This document shows, piece after piece, positions 24,045-36,967 of a stretch of 64,000 nucleotides of DNA. Within the stretch, counting starts at the first letter, position 1; each line of letters begins with the position of its first letter. The notes under the pieces are model-generated. The model ran no database searches. It was not told the DNA's origin and saw only the letters and a list, made by a program, of their open reading frames with translations. The stretch covers positions 18,168,698 through 18,232,697 of the forward strand of contig NC_068984.1 in the NCBI RefSeq assembly GCF_001194135.2. The letters run 5' to 3'. The translations under genes and the position numbers were made by a program. Source of the stretch: Octopus bimaculoides (taxonomy: Eukaryota).

Positions 24045-24375
24045 CAAGTGAAATCATTGTCGTGCCTGATGCCAGCGCCTCCTGGCTGGCACACGTGCTG
24101 GTGGCACATAAAAAGCACCATTCTAGCGTGGCCAATGTCAGTGGAGGTAGTACATAAAAAGCATCATTCGACGTCGATGCCAATGCCACCTGAGTGGCTC
24201 CCATGCTTGTCACGCGTAAAAAGCACCCACTACACTCTCAGAGTGGTAGGCGTTAGGAAGGGCATCCAACTTGCCAGAACAGATTGGAGAATGCTGTAGC
24301 CTCCTGGCTTGCCAGTTCACAGTCAACCATCCAACCCATGCCAACATAGAAAGCAGATGTTAAACGATGATGACA
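24045..24375 (+). mobile_element. Repeat family C copy
   Basis: gtaaaaagcacccactacactctcagagtggtaggcgttaggaagggcatccaac...ccaacccatgcc...gttaaacgatgatgac. Confidence 0.75.
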
Positions 24376-24636
24376 TATATACATATTTTGTATCTGATGT
24401 TTTTAATATATTGATGTGTTTAATTTGTTTATCCGCATAATTGCCTTTATATCTGCTCAACTTGATCCCTCTTATAGGCTTTCTTTACCTTGTGTAATCG
24501 ATTCCCCTGTAAACACATCAGAGTCTAAGTTTGACTCCTTTGACCATCACTGAGTGTCTTCCATACGGAGAATCTCTGGATCTCATCTGTGATCTATATA
24601 TGCATATATATATATATATATGTATACACTTTTTTT

Positions 24637-24989
24637 GCTTGTTTCAGTCATTTGACTGTGGCCATGCTGGAGCACCGCCTTTAGTCGAATCAAATCGACC
24701 CCAGGACTTATTCTTTGTAAGCCTAGTACTTATTCTATTGGTCTCTTTTGCCGAACCATTAAGTAACATCAGTTGTCAAGCGATGTTGGGGAACAAACAC
24801 AGACACACAAACATATACATATATACAAGAGGCTTCTTTTAGTTTCTGTCTACCAAATCCACTAACAAGGCTTTGGTCAGATTGAAACTATAATAGAAGA
24901 TACTTGCCCAAGGTGCCACGCAGTGGGACTGAACCCGTAACCATGTGTTTGGTAAGCAAGCTACTTACCACACAGCCACTCCTGCGCCT
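24637..24989 (-). mobile_element. SINE family A copy (tRNA-like head, near full length)
   Basis: Reverse complement begins aggcgcaggagtggctgtgtggtaagtagcttgc...gggttcagtcccactgcgtggcaccttgggcaag. Confidence 0.85.
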
Positions 24990-25150
24990 ATATATATGTG
25001 TGTGTGCATACACATATATATGCGCCTATATATACCTGCACCTATATATACATGCGCCTATCTATATATATATATATATATATANNNNNNNNNNGGATAA
25101 AACTCTTTTACAAGAATTTTTATTTTTCTGTAATAATGCCCTTTATATAA

Positions 25151-25196
<46 letters not shown>

Positions 25197-25399
25197 ATGC
25201 ACAGGCATGGTTCCAAGTTCAGTCCTTGGTTTGTAAGTTTACCACTGAAGGAAAGACAGTTTCACTGGTTGGCTTTGCTGTGAAATGGAATTGAACCTGG
25301 AATCACATAAGTGCAAACTGTTTTACTTCACTAGTCTCCCATTTGAGAAACTATCTGATGTTTTCTCTCTTTGTATGAACATCAAACTATGGACAAAAA

Positions 25400-25980
25400 A
25401 ATCACAACTGTCCTATAATCAATCTCTACCTCTTTCTCTTCCTTCTCCTTCCCCCATCTTTCTTTCTTTCCCAATCTTTTTCTCTCTCTGCCCTTATCAT
25501 TCTCTCTCTTTTTCTTCTATCTTTCTCTGTCTCTTTCTTCCCCTGTCTTTCTCTCTCTCTTCCCTTATCATTCTCTTTTACTTTCCCTATCTCTCTCTTT
25601 TTCTACACCTTCCTCTCTTCCACTATCTCTCTTTCTTCTCCCTATCTTTCTCTTTTCCCCTGTCTTTCTCTCTCTCTCTCTCTCTCTGTCTCTGTCTCTC
25701 TTCTCCTTATCTTTCTCTTTTTCTTCACTTGTCTTTTTCTTTCTTTCCCTAACTTTCTCTCTCTCTCTCTTCTATCATTCTCTTTCTTCTTCTGTCTTTC
25801 TCTATTTCTTTGTTCCCCTATCTTCCTCTCTCTTTCTCTTCCACTCTCTCTCTAATCCCCTTTCTTCCTCTCTCTTTCTCCTCCACTCTCTCTCTCTGTT
25901 CTCTTATCTCCCACTGTCTTCCGCTCTTCCACTCTCTCCCCCCTTTCTTCCTCTCTCTTTCTCCTCCACTCCCTCGCTCT
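25400..25980. repeat. Long CT-rich polypyrimidine low-complexity tract
   Basis: Almost exclusively C/T on the + strand. Confidence 0.9.
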
Positions 25981-26614
25981 AATACTATTGACAGAATTGA
26001 TTTTTTGCTTCTTAAATAACCCCATAAAAATGTTAAGGTAGCTAACGGTAGCTATTAAGGCAGATAGTGTGTTTCACTCTTGATTCTCTTCACCACTAAA
26101 TCATTTCCTATTACATATTTGTTTAATCTAATTAACTGATAATTCCTTTTACATCAGGAAACTTGATGATTGTATTCATCTCATTTAGTACCTACACTTT
26201 GTCATTTTTATTCAAGCTGGGGAAAAAATCAATACCATTTTTATATAATTATTGCTTCAATGTGTTTTAACACTTATTGAATTGATACCTGGATCGATGA
26301 CAGAATTTGTCGTTTCCTCGCCTCTAGGTATTTGGCCTAGTTAAGTGACAATCATGTTGAGCAGAACCATAAAGTAGTAGAGAATATTTTGTAGCCAGTG
26401 TTTTTAAGAAACCAGAAATCTTAATCTGTTTTCAGCTGGGGTTAATATTACTTATTGAGAGGATTATCATATATTCTTATCCTTGTTTTTCAGCAATTTA
26501 TAGAAAGAATGTTGTATGAATAGTGGAAGTAAAATTTTAAAATTAACTTCATAATTAAAGTCTCCATAATTAGAAGTTGTGAAGAAGGAAAAGACCATAT
26601 GGTTAGCATTAATA

Positions 26615-27275
26615 TGTGGCTGTTTACTTGAGAAGTTAGCTTGCCAACCACATGGTTGCAGTTTCAATCCTAGTGTGACTCCTTAGTGTTTTCTACTATA
26701 GCCAAATTGAGCAAGGCCTTGTGTGTGGTTCTGGTAGACAGAAACTGAAAGAAGCCTGTCATATATACTCTTTTTACTCTCTCTCTCTCTTTTCTCTTTT
26801 ACTTGTTTCAGTCATTTGACTGTGGCCATGCTGGAGCACCGCCTTTAGTCGAGCAAATCGAACCCAGGACTTATTCTTTATAAGCCTGGTACTATTCTAT
26901 CAGTCACTTTTTGCCGTACCGCTAAGTTACTAGGACGTAAACACACCAGCATCGGTTGTCAANNNNNNNNNNNNNNNNNNNNNNNNNNNNNNNNNNNNNN
27001 NNNNNNNNNNNNNNNNNNNNNNNNNNNNNNNNNNNNNNNNNNNNNNNNNNNNNNNNNNNNNNNNNNNNNNNNNTATATATATATGATGGGCTTCTTTCAG
27101 TTTCTGTCTACCAAATCCATTCACAAGGCTTTGGTCAGCCCGAAGCTACAATAGAAGACACTTGCCCAAGGTGCCACGCAGTGGGACTGAACCCAGAACC
27201 ATGTGGTTGGTAAGTGTCTTCTTTTAAAGCCTTGGGCCGACCAAAGCTTTGAGAGTTGATTTGGTAGACCAGAAC
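26615..27275. mobile_element. Cluster of SINE family A copies in opposite orientations (+ 26615-26765; - 26795-27215, gapped; + fragment to 27275)
   Basis: Shared ggtagacagaaactgaaagaagcc segment in both orientations. N-gap at 26963-27073. Confidence 0.75.
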
Positions 27276-29720
27276 CTTAAAGAGTTAATGTGAAGAAGAT
27301 TTTTTTCTTTTTCCTATTCCAATTTTTTCCCCAAGAAAATGGGTGATGGAAGAATGGAGATGATTTCAAAACAATGGCAGTGATGGGTCGTATGTACTCA
27401 AGTATTAGAACAACAAACAGTAATATCAGAAATAAGCTGCTTTGATTAGCGTTGCGTATGATTTTACATAAACACCTTTCTGAGCGTTTGGTTGAAATAT
27501 TTCCTTGAATCTCTTTATTCAGGGTTTCTCAAAAATTTCAATACTTGGAATTTAATGGAACTTGATTGTAAGATTTCCCTCACATACGTTTCTTGTGTGT
27601 ATGTGTATTGTAGCATTATGTAAGAAAAAGAAATCATGAAAGTAATGCATAATGAAAAAGAGATAGGATATTTTTTTTTCACTTGAATTTGAATATATTT
27701 GCCTTAATAATAATAATCGACTATAAAAAATTGGAATTGTGGAAGTAAACACTAGTTCACATATACATACACAGATGTAAAAATAATTACCTGTGTGTGT
27801 GTGTGTGTGTGTGTTAGCTTCATATATATTTTATCTTATTCACACAATATTGTAGATTTCAATAGCATAAATAAATTATCTTATTTACTATTTGCTTGGT
27901 CCATCATTCTCTGTATATTGAGGTTTGGGAAAATCTTTTGTTCCATATAGTTGCAGAAAAAAAACAAGTCTACATTAAAAATTTATTATATGTAAAGGAT
28001 TTTTTTTCTTTTATTAATATCATTTTTGAAATGCTTAAGTTTCATTGTTAGTAGAAGAATGTAATTTACACATTTTGAATTCTATTTGTGAAGCCAGTTG
28101 AAGTGTTAACTTAAATTTTTATAAAGCAGCTATTTGCTTTCAATCCATATGTTAAACAAACACATAAGCGTAGTTATATGATTTCAAATGTTAGCTGGAA
28201 GTAAAATTAATAAGTTGGCATATATTTGTTTAATACAACTTGTTTATTTTAATGATATATGTAGAGATGTAATGATATACATTTACAGATATAATTATGT
28301 TTACAGAAGACAGATATCCATTTGAAGAAATGTCATATTAGCAGCTTAATAATAATAATATATTATAGATGCATACATACGACTTAATATAGATGTTTCT
28401 GTATGAAAGCAGGAAATGTAAATAATATACACAGTTGTCTTTCCATAATCGTTTTCTTCATTGCCAAGATTTAAAACTTAGAATTTGTGAACTGAAATTG
28501 TCTTGACATTGTGACAATGCATCCATGTATAATTTTTAGCTCAATTTATCTGAAATTGAGCATATATTTCATAGCTGTCAATTTTTATATGATTTGGAGT
28601 AAATGTAAATTTATATGAAGCTGGCAACTTTATTAGTTGGCATACATTTCAGAGTTTGTTCCTGTGTTTTTAAAGTAAGATTAATATCAGAAAAGAATAC
28701 AGATGTATAGAAACTCTTTTTCTTCTGTTTATTTTTTGTTCCTTTTTTTAAATTTTTATATCTTACTGTGTAACCATCAATTCTCTAGATACACTTAGAA
28801 AAGTAGCATCACCAATCGTAAATTAGATATAAAGCATTGAATAAATTATAGTGCTTTTACATATGTAGAAAATAAATATACCTTGTGTTAACGACAATCA
28901 AAAATAACTTGGTAGCAATACTGAAGTAAATCTCAACATCTTGATTTCTTTAAAAGACATATAAGTATCTGAAAGAAGAAAAGGCTATGTAAATGAGAGG
29001 TTATGAGTTTAGGAGATAGTATTTTACTAATTGATTAAAAAGATAGCTGATGATACAGTTTTTTTGTTCCTCTTCTTTTGTATATAATTACGCAAAGGGC
29101 TGTGATTTGCAGACAAATTTTTATGTGGAAAACTATCAGAATATTGAGCTTTGATAGAGAGCAAACTGAAGACTATCTCTTTTCTAAAACAACGCACAAT
29201 GCATATGTGCATCCGTGCTTGCTTTTCTTATATGCATTTTCAATACTACTTTGCTGTGTCCTTTTGTTTTGTTTTTTAATTAATGTAGCAATTGTATATA
29301 CAACTGGATGCTCTTCTTACTATTAATCACTGAACTTTAAAGCAGAGTGGAATGTTTTCTGCTAATCAGGCAAACTGGAGTAAACAGAATGACTTGCTCA
29401 AGTGGCATAACACATTGGCTTTGGTTGTATGAATTGAACTAGTAACCATGTCAGCAGCTGAGCACTTTAGCATTACAGCCATCATGTCTCTATTATGTGT
29501 GTGTGTGTATTTTACTCTTTATGATGAGAATCGTAAGACTATGTAGAAGAATTGAATATCTATATATACTTTAGCTTAAATTGGGAAAAGGTTAAGATTT
29601 CTTTCAACTAAAAGATGCCTAAGTAAGGGAGAAAATGGTTATAGTATTCATTTTTATGTAAGATCAAAGTGGAAGTTCAGCAACTCACATCTATCAATAC
29701 CATTGATTTTGCAAGCTAGA

Positions 29721-29782
<62 letters not shown>

Positions 29783-30851
29783 TACACACACACATACACA
29801 CACACACACACACACACAGACTCAAAGATGTCTACACAAGCCAGAAAATAATACTCTTTTCATGTTTGAGACTTAATTTCATGAAAAATTTCCCAGACAC
29901 TCCATTTGAATGTCACAAATATCTTAGAATAATTTACACTACGAAGTGACAGTCTGGGGGTTTAACAAACAAACAGAAAGAAAAGAAAAGAAATGTTTGT
30001 CCAGAAAGGGTTTCGTAGTTTGTTGAGCTGTTAGAAATTGATGCGGACATAATAAAGCATCATAATATTTTATATGTGATTCACAAAATTGATAATAGAG
30101 GCTGCAAACAATTTTCCAACCATTTTTCATGCTGTTTTTTACATTTCTCCTGGCTGTTGTCTATGATCAATACTGGAGTTGTTTTTCTTGTCTTTTTTCT
30201 GCATTGAATATATTTCCTTTCCAAATCTTAGTTGGAGAACCTCTGTTTTGCTCACCACTGGCGATCAACACCCTGTACAGACTTTTACTTTTTTATTTCA
30301 CCCCATTATCACAGTTTTCTCTTTGTCATTTTGCGTCCTTTTCTCATTTTGTTCATTCCTCACTAAAGATTCCTTGTTTAGTAACGTGTGCAAATGGATG
30401 GATCAAGATCTAGTTAATTGACAGTTGTACACACTGGCTTCTGTTAGGCTATCGAAGTGAGATAGTAGTTACAAACCTGAGATGATGGTTTGGAAATGAG
30501 TGAGTGAGTGAGTGTGTGTGTGTGTGTGTAAGGAGTATGTTGTGGGTATCTGGATGTTTGATCAGATGTTAGTGCAGCTAACTGAGCAAATACAGCAGTA
30601 TGCAAACCTCGGGGAAATATTGAGTATATTTACATGTTATTCCTTTTTAAATCATTCTACTTAGAAATTATATGCTGCTCACATGGAAGGATATAGGAAT
30701 GATTCAAACATCTGCAATCCCTCCACCCTCACAAGATCTCTTTCTTTACATTGAGATGATGTTGCCTTGCTTGGAAAGTACTATTTAATGTGATCGGGTA
30801 TCTATCAAAATGAATTGTCTTTTACTGGTTTTAGTGTTAGATAATTAACAT

Positions 30852-31238
30852 AGGCACATGTGTGGCTGTATGGTAAGTAGTTTGCTTACCAACCATATGG
30901 TTCCGGGTTCAGTTCCACTGCATGGCACCTTGGACAAGTGTCTTCTACTATAGCTTCCAAAGCCTTGTGAGTGGATTTGGTAGACAGAAACTGAAAGAAA
31001 CCAGTTGTATATATACATATATGTGTGTGTGTCTGTGTTTGTCCCCCCCCCCCCACCATTGCTTGGCAACTGATGTTGGTGTGTTTATGTCCCCATAACC
31101 TAGCAATTTGGTAAAAGAAACTGATAGAATAAGTACCAGGCTTTAAAAAAAAGTATTGAGGTCGATTCGTTCAGCTAAGGTGCGTCAAGTTGTGCTCCAA
31201 CATGGCCACAGTCTAATGACTGAAACAAGTAAAAGATA
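30852..31238 (+). mobile_element. SINE family A copy
   Basis: ggcacatgtgtggctgtatggtaagtag...gggttcagttccactgcatggcaccttggacaagtgtcttctactatagc...atgactgaaacaagtaaaaga. Confidence 0.85.
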
Positions 31239-31282
31239 CCAGAGGGATAAAATGCAAAATCAAACCCAGTAAGATTTGAACT

Positions 31283-31560
31283 TGTGGAGGCAGCGGACTC
31301 GCGGTCAGAGGATCGCGGTTTTGATTCCCAGACCAGGCATTGTGAGTGTTTATTGAGTGAAAACACCTAAAGCTCCACGAGGCTCCAGCAGGAGGTGGTG
31401 GCAACCCCTGTTGTACTCTTTCGCCCCAACTTTCTCTCACTCTTTCTTCTTGTTTCTGAAGTAACGCTGCGATGGACTGGCGTCCCATCTAGCTGGGGGG
31501 AACACATGTGCCATAGAAACCGGGAAACTGGGCTCGTGAGCCTGGCTAGGCTTTGAAAGG
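31283..31560 (+). mobile_element. Distinct tRNA-headed SINE with L2/CR1-type tail
   Basis: gcggactcgcggtcagaggatcgcggttttgattcccagacc head and ctgcgatggactggcgtcccatc...gaaaccggga tail. Confidence 0.6.
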
Positions 31561-34500
31561 GTGTGAGAGAAGATTTGAACTCAGAATGTGAAGGGACATT
31601 TAAATAACACAAGGCAATTCAGTCCAACACTCTACCAGTTCCACCATGAGGATAAATATGAGCTCATGATGATAATAATGACTCTTTGCAGTTCTATTGT
31701 TCTGAGTATGTGTATATGTGTATACCACATAGGGTACAATGAAATCTGTATGTCACAGCAGGCTGACATTTATTAATGTACTTGGTCATCTATCTGGCAT
31801 CTAACCTTATTTAAAAAGGAAATAAATATAAGTGCTACTCTCATTTGTAAAGCATAGATTCATAGGTGGTTAAAATACCACAAGTTGTTGTAGAGGAAGA
31901 TCACTCTTGTGAAGGCTGTTTCAAAACTGAGGTAGATTTGTTCTATAGAGCTCTGTATAAATATGTGTGTGTACATATGCATTGCTGTGTGGAGGCTAAG
32001 TTTGCTTTATAACTGTGTGGTTTTATCTTCCATCTCATTGTGTGGTATCTTGTGAAAGTGTATTCAACTTGAGTCTCAGGTTAACCAAAGCTTCGTAAGT
32101 AGAATTGGTACAGAAGCTGTATGGAAGCCTTTCATAGAAAGATGTGTCTGCATTTATGCATGTTATAGTGTGTCTGTTTTTGAGCATGTCAGTGTGTGTG
32201 TGTGTGTGTGCACGTGCATTTGTGCATGTGAGTTTGTCTGCATGTGTCCACATAAATGTTTAAATTCTACTTCTTCACTTAAATGTGTTTGAGAAAAATA
32301 ACATTTTGTTGACATATCTTGTTAATAAATTATTCTGCAGCTGTACTCTTATGAAAACACACGGGATTAAAAAAAAAAAACCTCCACTTGAGAAACAGGT
32401 TAGGGTTATTTATAGGCAAGGTATCCAACTGTAAAATAATGCCTCAGTAATAAGTTCAACCAATCCATGCTAGCATGGAAAAACGGGAATAAAACAAATG
32501 TACAATATATACAATTTGCATACATATTAATCTGTTTATTAATGGACTATGTTGGTTATTCTCAACAAAAGATAAGGAAAGAAGGACTCTTGGGCTGAAA
32601 GGAATCTTTAATCTTGTTGAAAGCACGACAACCCCTCTAATGCTGGTGCCACTAGGAAATGCACACTATGTAATCTGTAACACTTTGTAACATGGCAAAG
32701 TACCAAGCCATAGAAACTGTGTTGCACTGGGTGATGGTAAGATGAGGTCTTCCAATCTGTCTTGGAAGGCAGTTACTCTGAATAAGAACCGACTTGATCT
32801 GCAATGAATCACCCAACATCTGCCAGCTTGAAAAACTGAAGAACAGCAATGATGATGATGATGATGATGCTATCTGGTCAATAGTTACTGCTGTCAGTTG
32901 AAAGTCATCATTTTTAAATCACACAAAATCCTGGCGTGGGGTTCTCTCATGAGTCGTTATCAGATATCCTCAGCTCTCAGCTGGTTGAATGCTAATGGAT
33001 CTCTCTCCGTCTTTCTTGTGCTTTCTTAATGCATTAACTCTATTTTAAATCTATTCAATTTTAGATATTATTCATCCACATTATTCTTAGTTTTCCCCCC
33101 TCCTCATTTCCCATTCACTTTACCTTCTATTAAAAGTCTCTGTAATCCATTTTTTTCTTCTTTAATTAAGTGTCCAAAATATTTTAATTTTCTCTCTTTG
33201 ATGTTTAATAAAATTTTCTTAGTTTCTGATGTTCTAACGCCTTATGTTCTATCCACGATATTAAATAAACATGTTATTTATTAAATGATAACTTGAATAA
33301 TATTATTGGACAAAAATATATGTTATTTATGAAAGAATAACTGGTGGGAAGTCTTGCTAGGATATTAACATGTTGGCTGTTTATTAAAAGAAACATTCAA
33401 GGCATGATTATAACTGATACAGAAGCAGTGCACCAAAAGTGTTGACAAGTTTAGGTGATAGAATAGAACTCGGTTGTGAATTGGTGCATATTGCACCTGG
33501 AATAGAAGGAAATATCTTTGTAACTGTCTTTAAATCGCTAGTTTTTTTTTTCTCTTGAAGAAGTATATAGAAAAATGAATTCTGAAAAGAATTCTTGCAG
33601 GAATTATGGAGAATAATAGCGAATTGACTAATTATTCAAGGAAGGCATCATCAGACTGTTTCTCTGGGAAACACATTTATTCAAACAGCATAGTCTCCAT
33701 TCATCATCAAGTCCCATGCATACACACATGCACATGCACTCGCGCACACACACACATGCACATGCACTCGCGCACACACACACATGCACATGCACTCGCA
33801 CACATACACATGCACACACACATGCAGGTATGGCAGTGTAGTTTGGAAATTTGCTTCCCATACATGTGGCTTTGGGTTCAGTCTCACTGTGTGGCATCTT
33901 AGGCAATGTCTTTCATTACAACCTCTGGGTTTAATAGACAGACATTGAAGGAAGCTTCTTCTTGTTGTTGTTGTGTGTATGTGTGTGTAATTACTTATGT
34001 ATAAAAATCTGCATAAATGTGTGACTATAGGTGTGTGTTTCCTCATTTTGACATCACATGATAGTCGTAGACATCATACAAGCACCGTCCTTCTTTACCA
34101 AAGTTTTATGAAAAGCCATCGAGGAAATATTACATCTCTTGTCAATATGTGCGAGTTGAGGCTAGATAGGACATCTGGCCATAGAAAATTTATCTCAACT
34201 GTTTCCAAGCAAGTTAATACTTTCCCTTGGCTGGATACATTTTCATGAAAGATTGGAAGCGAGGCCCCACATATTTGACGGTAGCACTCATTTATAAGTA
34301 TCATGCAAAGTCAAAACAAGGTGGCACAAACATACATACACACATGATGGCTTCTTTCAGTTTCCATCTAAGAAACCCATTTACATGGCTTTGATTGACC
34401 TGGGGTTATAGTAAAACTTGCTTATGGTTTCATGTAGTAAGAGTGAACCCAAAACTAAGTGGTCAGAAAGTGAACTTCTTACTTACACTGCCATGACTGT

Positions 34501-35559
34501 TCATGCAAAACTTCTGTATGGTTATATAGTAATGTGTGAGGCAATCTTTCAGAGAAAGTATATCAAAACTGAGAGTATTTGTTTGGCAATTTCTATAAAA
34601 GCTTTTATTTCTTTTTTTTTTTTTTCCAGCTGAATTGCTTATGTTTGTGTATTTTATATGTATGCATGTATGTATGTGTATGTATGTTTATGTATATAAG
34701 TATATGTATGTATTTATGTGTATGTGTGTTACTACTAAATCTAAGGCTGGTTTTGTTGTCATCTAGCTGCAAACCAACATGGACTGAACAGTGACCCTTC
34801 AGGAATGATCAACCTGTCTTTTCCAGGCCTGCATTGAAGAAGATTTGGTTGCTATTTCCTGCAGGTCGAAAGACCATATAAATGTTCTCTTTATGTTGTT
34901 GAGAAACTTAGTTCCAGAAGGATTTGCAGATTGTAATAAGACAGATAGGAGAAAAACTATTAGAAAAGTTATCTTAATAGAAGCAGTAAAGGTGAACATC
35001 TTCATAGAATTTGTTTTAGGATGTCTAATTTAACACTGCCATTCCTTATGTTCCATTGATGATTCTTCTCTAATTTCCACAATTGCAATGATCATTAGAA
35101 AGTCAGTAGAGGGGAAAGTAATCCTGTGTCCTTCTGTGAAAGCCAGTATTTGGATAGTGATATCAATACCAGGTAATGAGGTACTTTCAAGAGGCAGGTA
35201 TCATTACTTTGTAAAGGTATTGATGAAAGTGACGTATAACGAGAAGGGAATTTGGAAAGAAGGAGCCTTTTGTGGCATTTTCAAATAAAGTAATTAGAAA
35301 AATAATTGAATTTAAAGAATTAAATAAACTATTGTCATTAGAAAACAACTGTTGCTCTTGCTGCTGCTGCTGCTGCTGCTGCTACTACTACTACTACTAC
35401 TACTACTACTATCACTACTGTATAGAATATTTTTGATTTTTTTCTTATTTTTTTAAATATATTTCTTTTTTTTATTTTTTATAGATAAAAACTGCAAATA
35501 TGTTATCATCATCATCATTCAGTGTCTTTTTTTCCATGCTTCTAAATGAGGCATGAGTT

Positions 35560-36220
35560 CGACAAACTGGCATGGTGGTGGCAATCAATACCATTGATCT
35601 CAGTATATTACTGGTACTTTACTTTATTTATCTCGAAAGGATAAAAGGCAAAGTTGATCTTTGCAGGAGTTAATAACTTTGCCTTTCATCCTTTCAGTGT
35701 CAATAAAACAAAGTACCAGTAACATCCTAGGATCAATGGTATTGCCTAAGCCACTCCCTTTAAAATTGCTGGCCTTGTACCAAAAGTTTGAAACAATCTA
35801 TGGTAGAATTGTTAGCATGTTGGACAAGATGTTCAGCAGCATCTGTTCATACTTGTTATTTCCTGAGTTCAAATTTACTTTTCATCCCTCTAGGTCAATA
35901 AAATACAATACCAGTCAGATACTGGGGTTGATGTAATTGACTTAGCCACACTCCCAAATTTCAAGCCATGTGCCTATATTACAAACAGGTTATTATAATC
36001 TTTAAGGTAGCAAGCTGGCAGAATCGTCAGCAAGTCAGACAAATTGCTGACAGCATTTCATCTGGTTCCTTGCATTCTGAGTTCAAATACTGCCGAGGTC
36101 AGCTTTGCTTTCCGCCCTTTTGGAATTAGTAAAATAAAGTACCAATCAAATACTAGACATCAATGTCATCAACTATATCCCTCCTCTTAAAATTGCTGAC
36201 CGTCTGCCAAAATGAGTAAG
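35560..36220. mobile_element. Cluster of SINE family B fragments in both orientations
   Basis: ggcaaagttgatct versus aactttgcctttcatcc; ggtagcaagctggcagaatcgtcagc...gagttcaaatactgccgaggtcagctttgc. Confidence 0.6.
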
Positions 36221-36563
36221 AATTAGTATTATAATAGCGGCTGTGTTCATGTCAAAATAACATTTACATACAATAATCTTACGAAAACAAGATTACGTAC
36301 AATGGACATTTCAGCATTCCGTTTCTCAGTTTATGCCTCTTGAATGTTTCCGTTAGAAGAATATTGGAAAATACTTGAGTTCATTAGTTTCTATATTTTC
36401 AAAATGACTAAGGTACTCCTTTTTGAATTTTATGAATCAGCTTTTATAAATTAGGTTTGTTTCTATTGATTCAGTTTAGGTGCCCCCAATATAGATGTAT
36501 ATGTTCTAAAATGACTTACTACTTCAAATATGTAATAATGTGTAACAATCAGTGCAATGCTAC

Positions 36564-36602
<39 letters not shown>

Positions 36603-36925
36603 TGATGATGAGAATTAGTATATATGCACGTAACTTAGCTAGTTTTCCTAAAAGGAGCCAAATTACTGCAACAAGTGGATAACTCTGCTTGTTCACAGAC
36701 GGCTTTAAGATATTTATTGGACAAAGTAGTTCTACAAATTGTTATTGAAGCACAATATTGATTTAGCTGTCTCGCTTGGCATATTATCTGGGAAACACTT
36801 AGGCCTACTAGCTTGTGTGAATCAGTATAAGAATATTTCCTTGCCTATTGCTATTTTCAGAGGCTTCATTTAAAAATCAATTTGTATGACTAGTTTGAGA
36901 ACTCACACTATCTTATGTTTATTTA

Positions 36926-36967
<42 letters not shown>

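Noticed and set aside
33418-33445. Candidate KIF13 microexon cag|AAGCAGTGCACCAAAA|gtgttg (would encode SSAPK before TFAFD)
   Set aside because: No polypyrimidine tract and a poor donor. The phase fits, but such a match is expected by chance in 40 kb.
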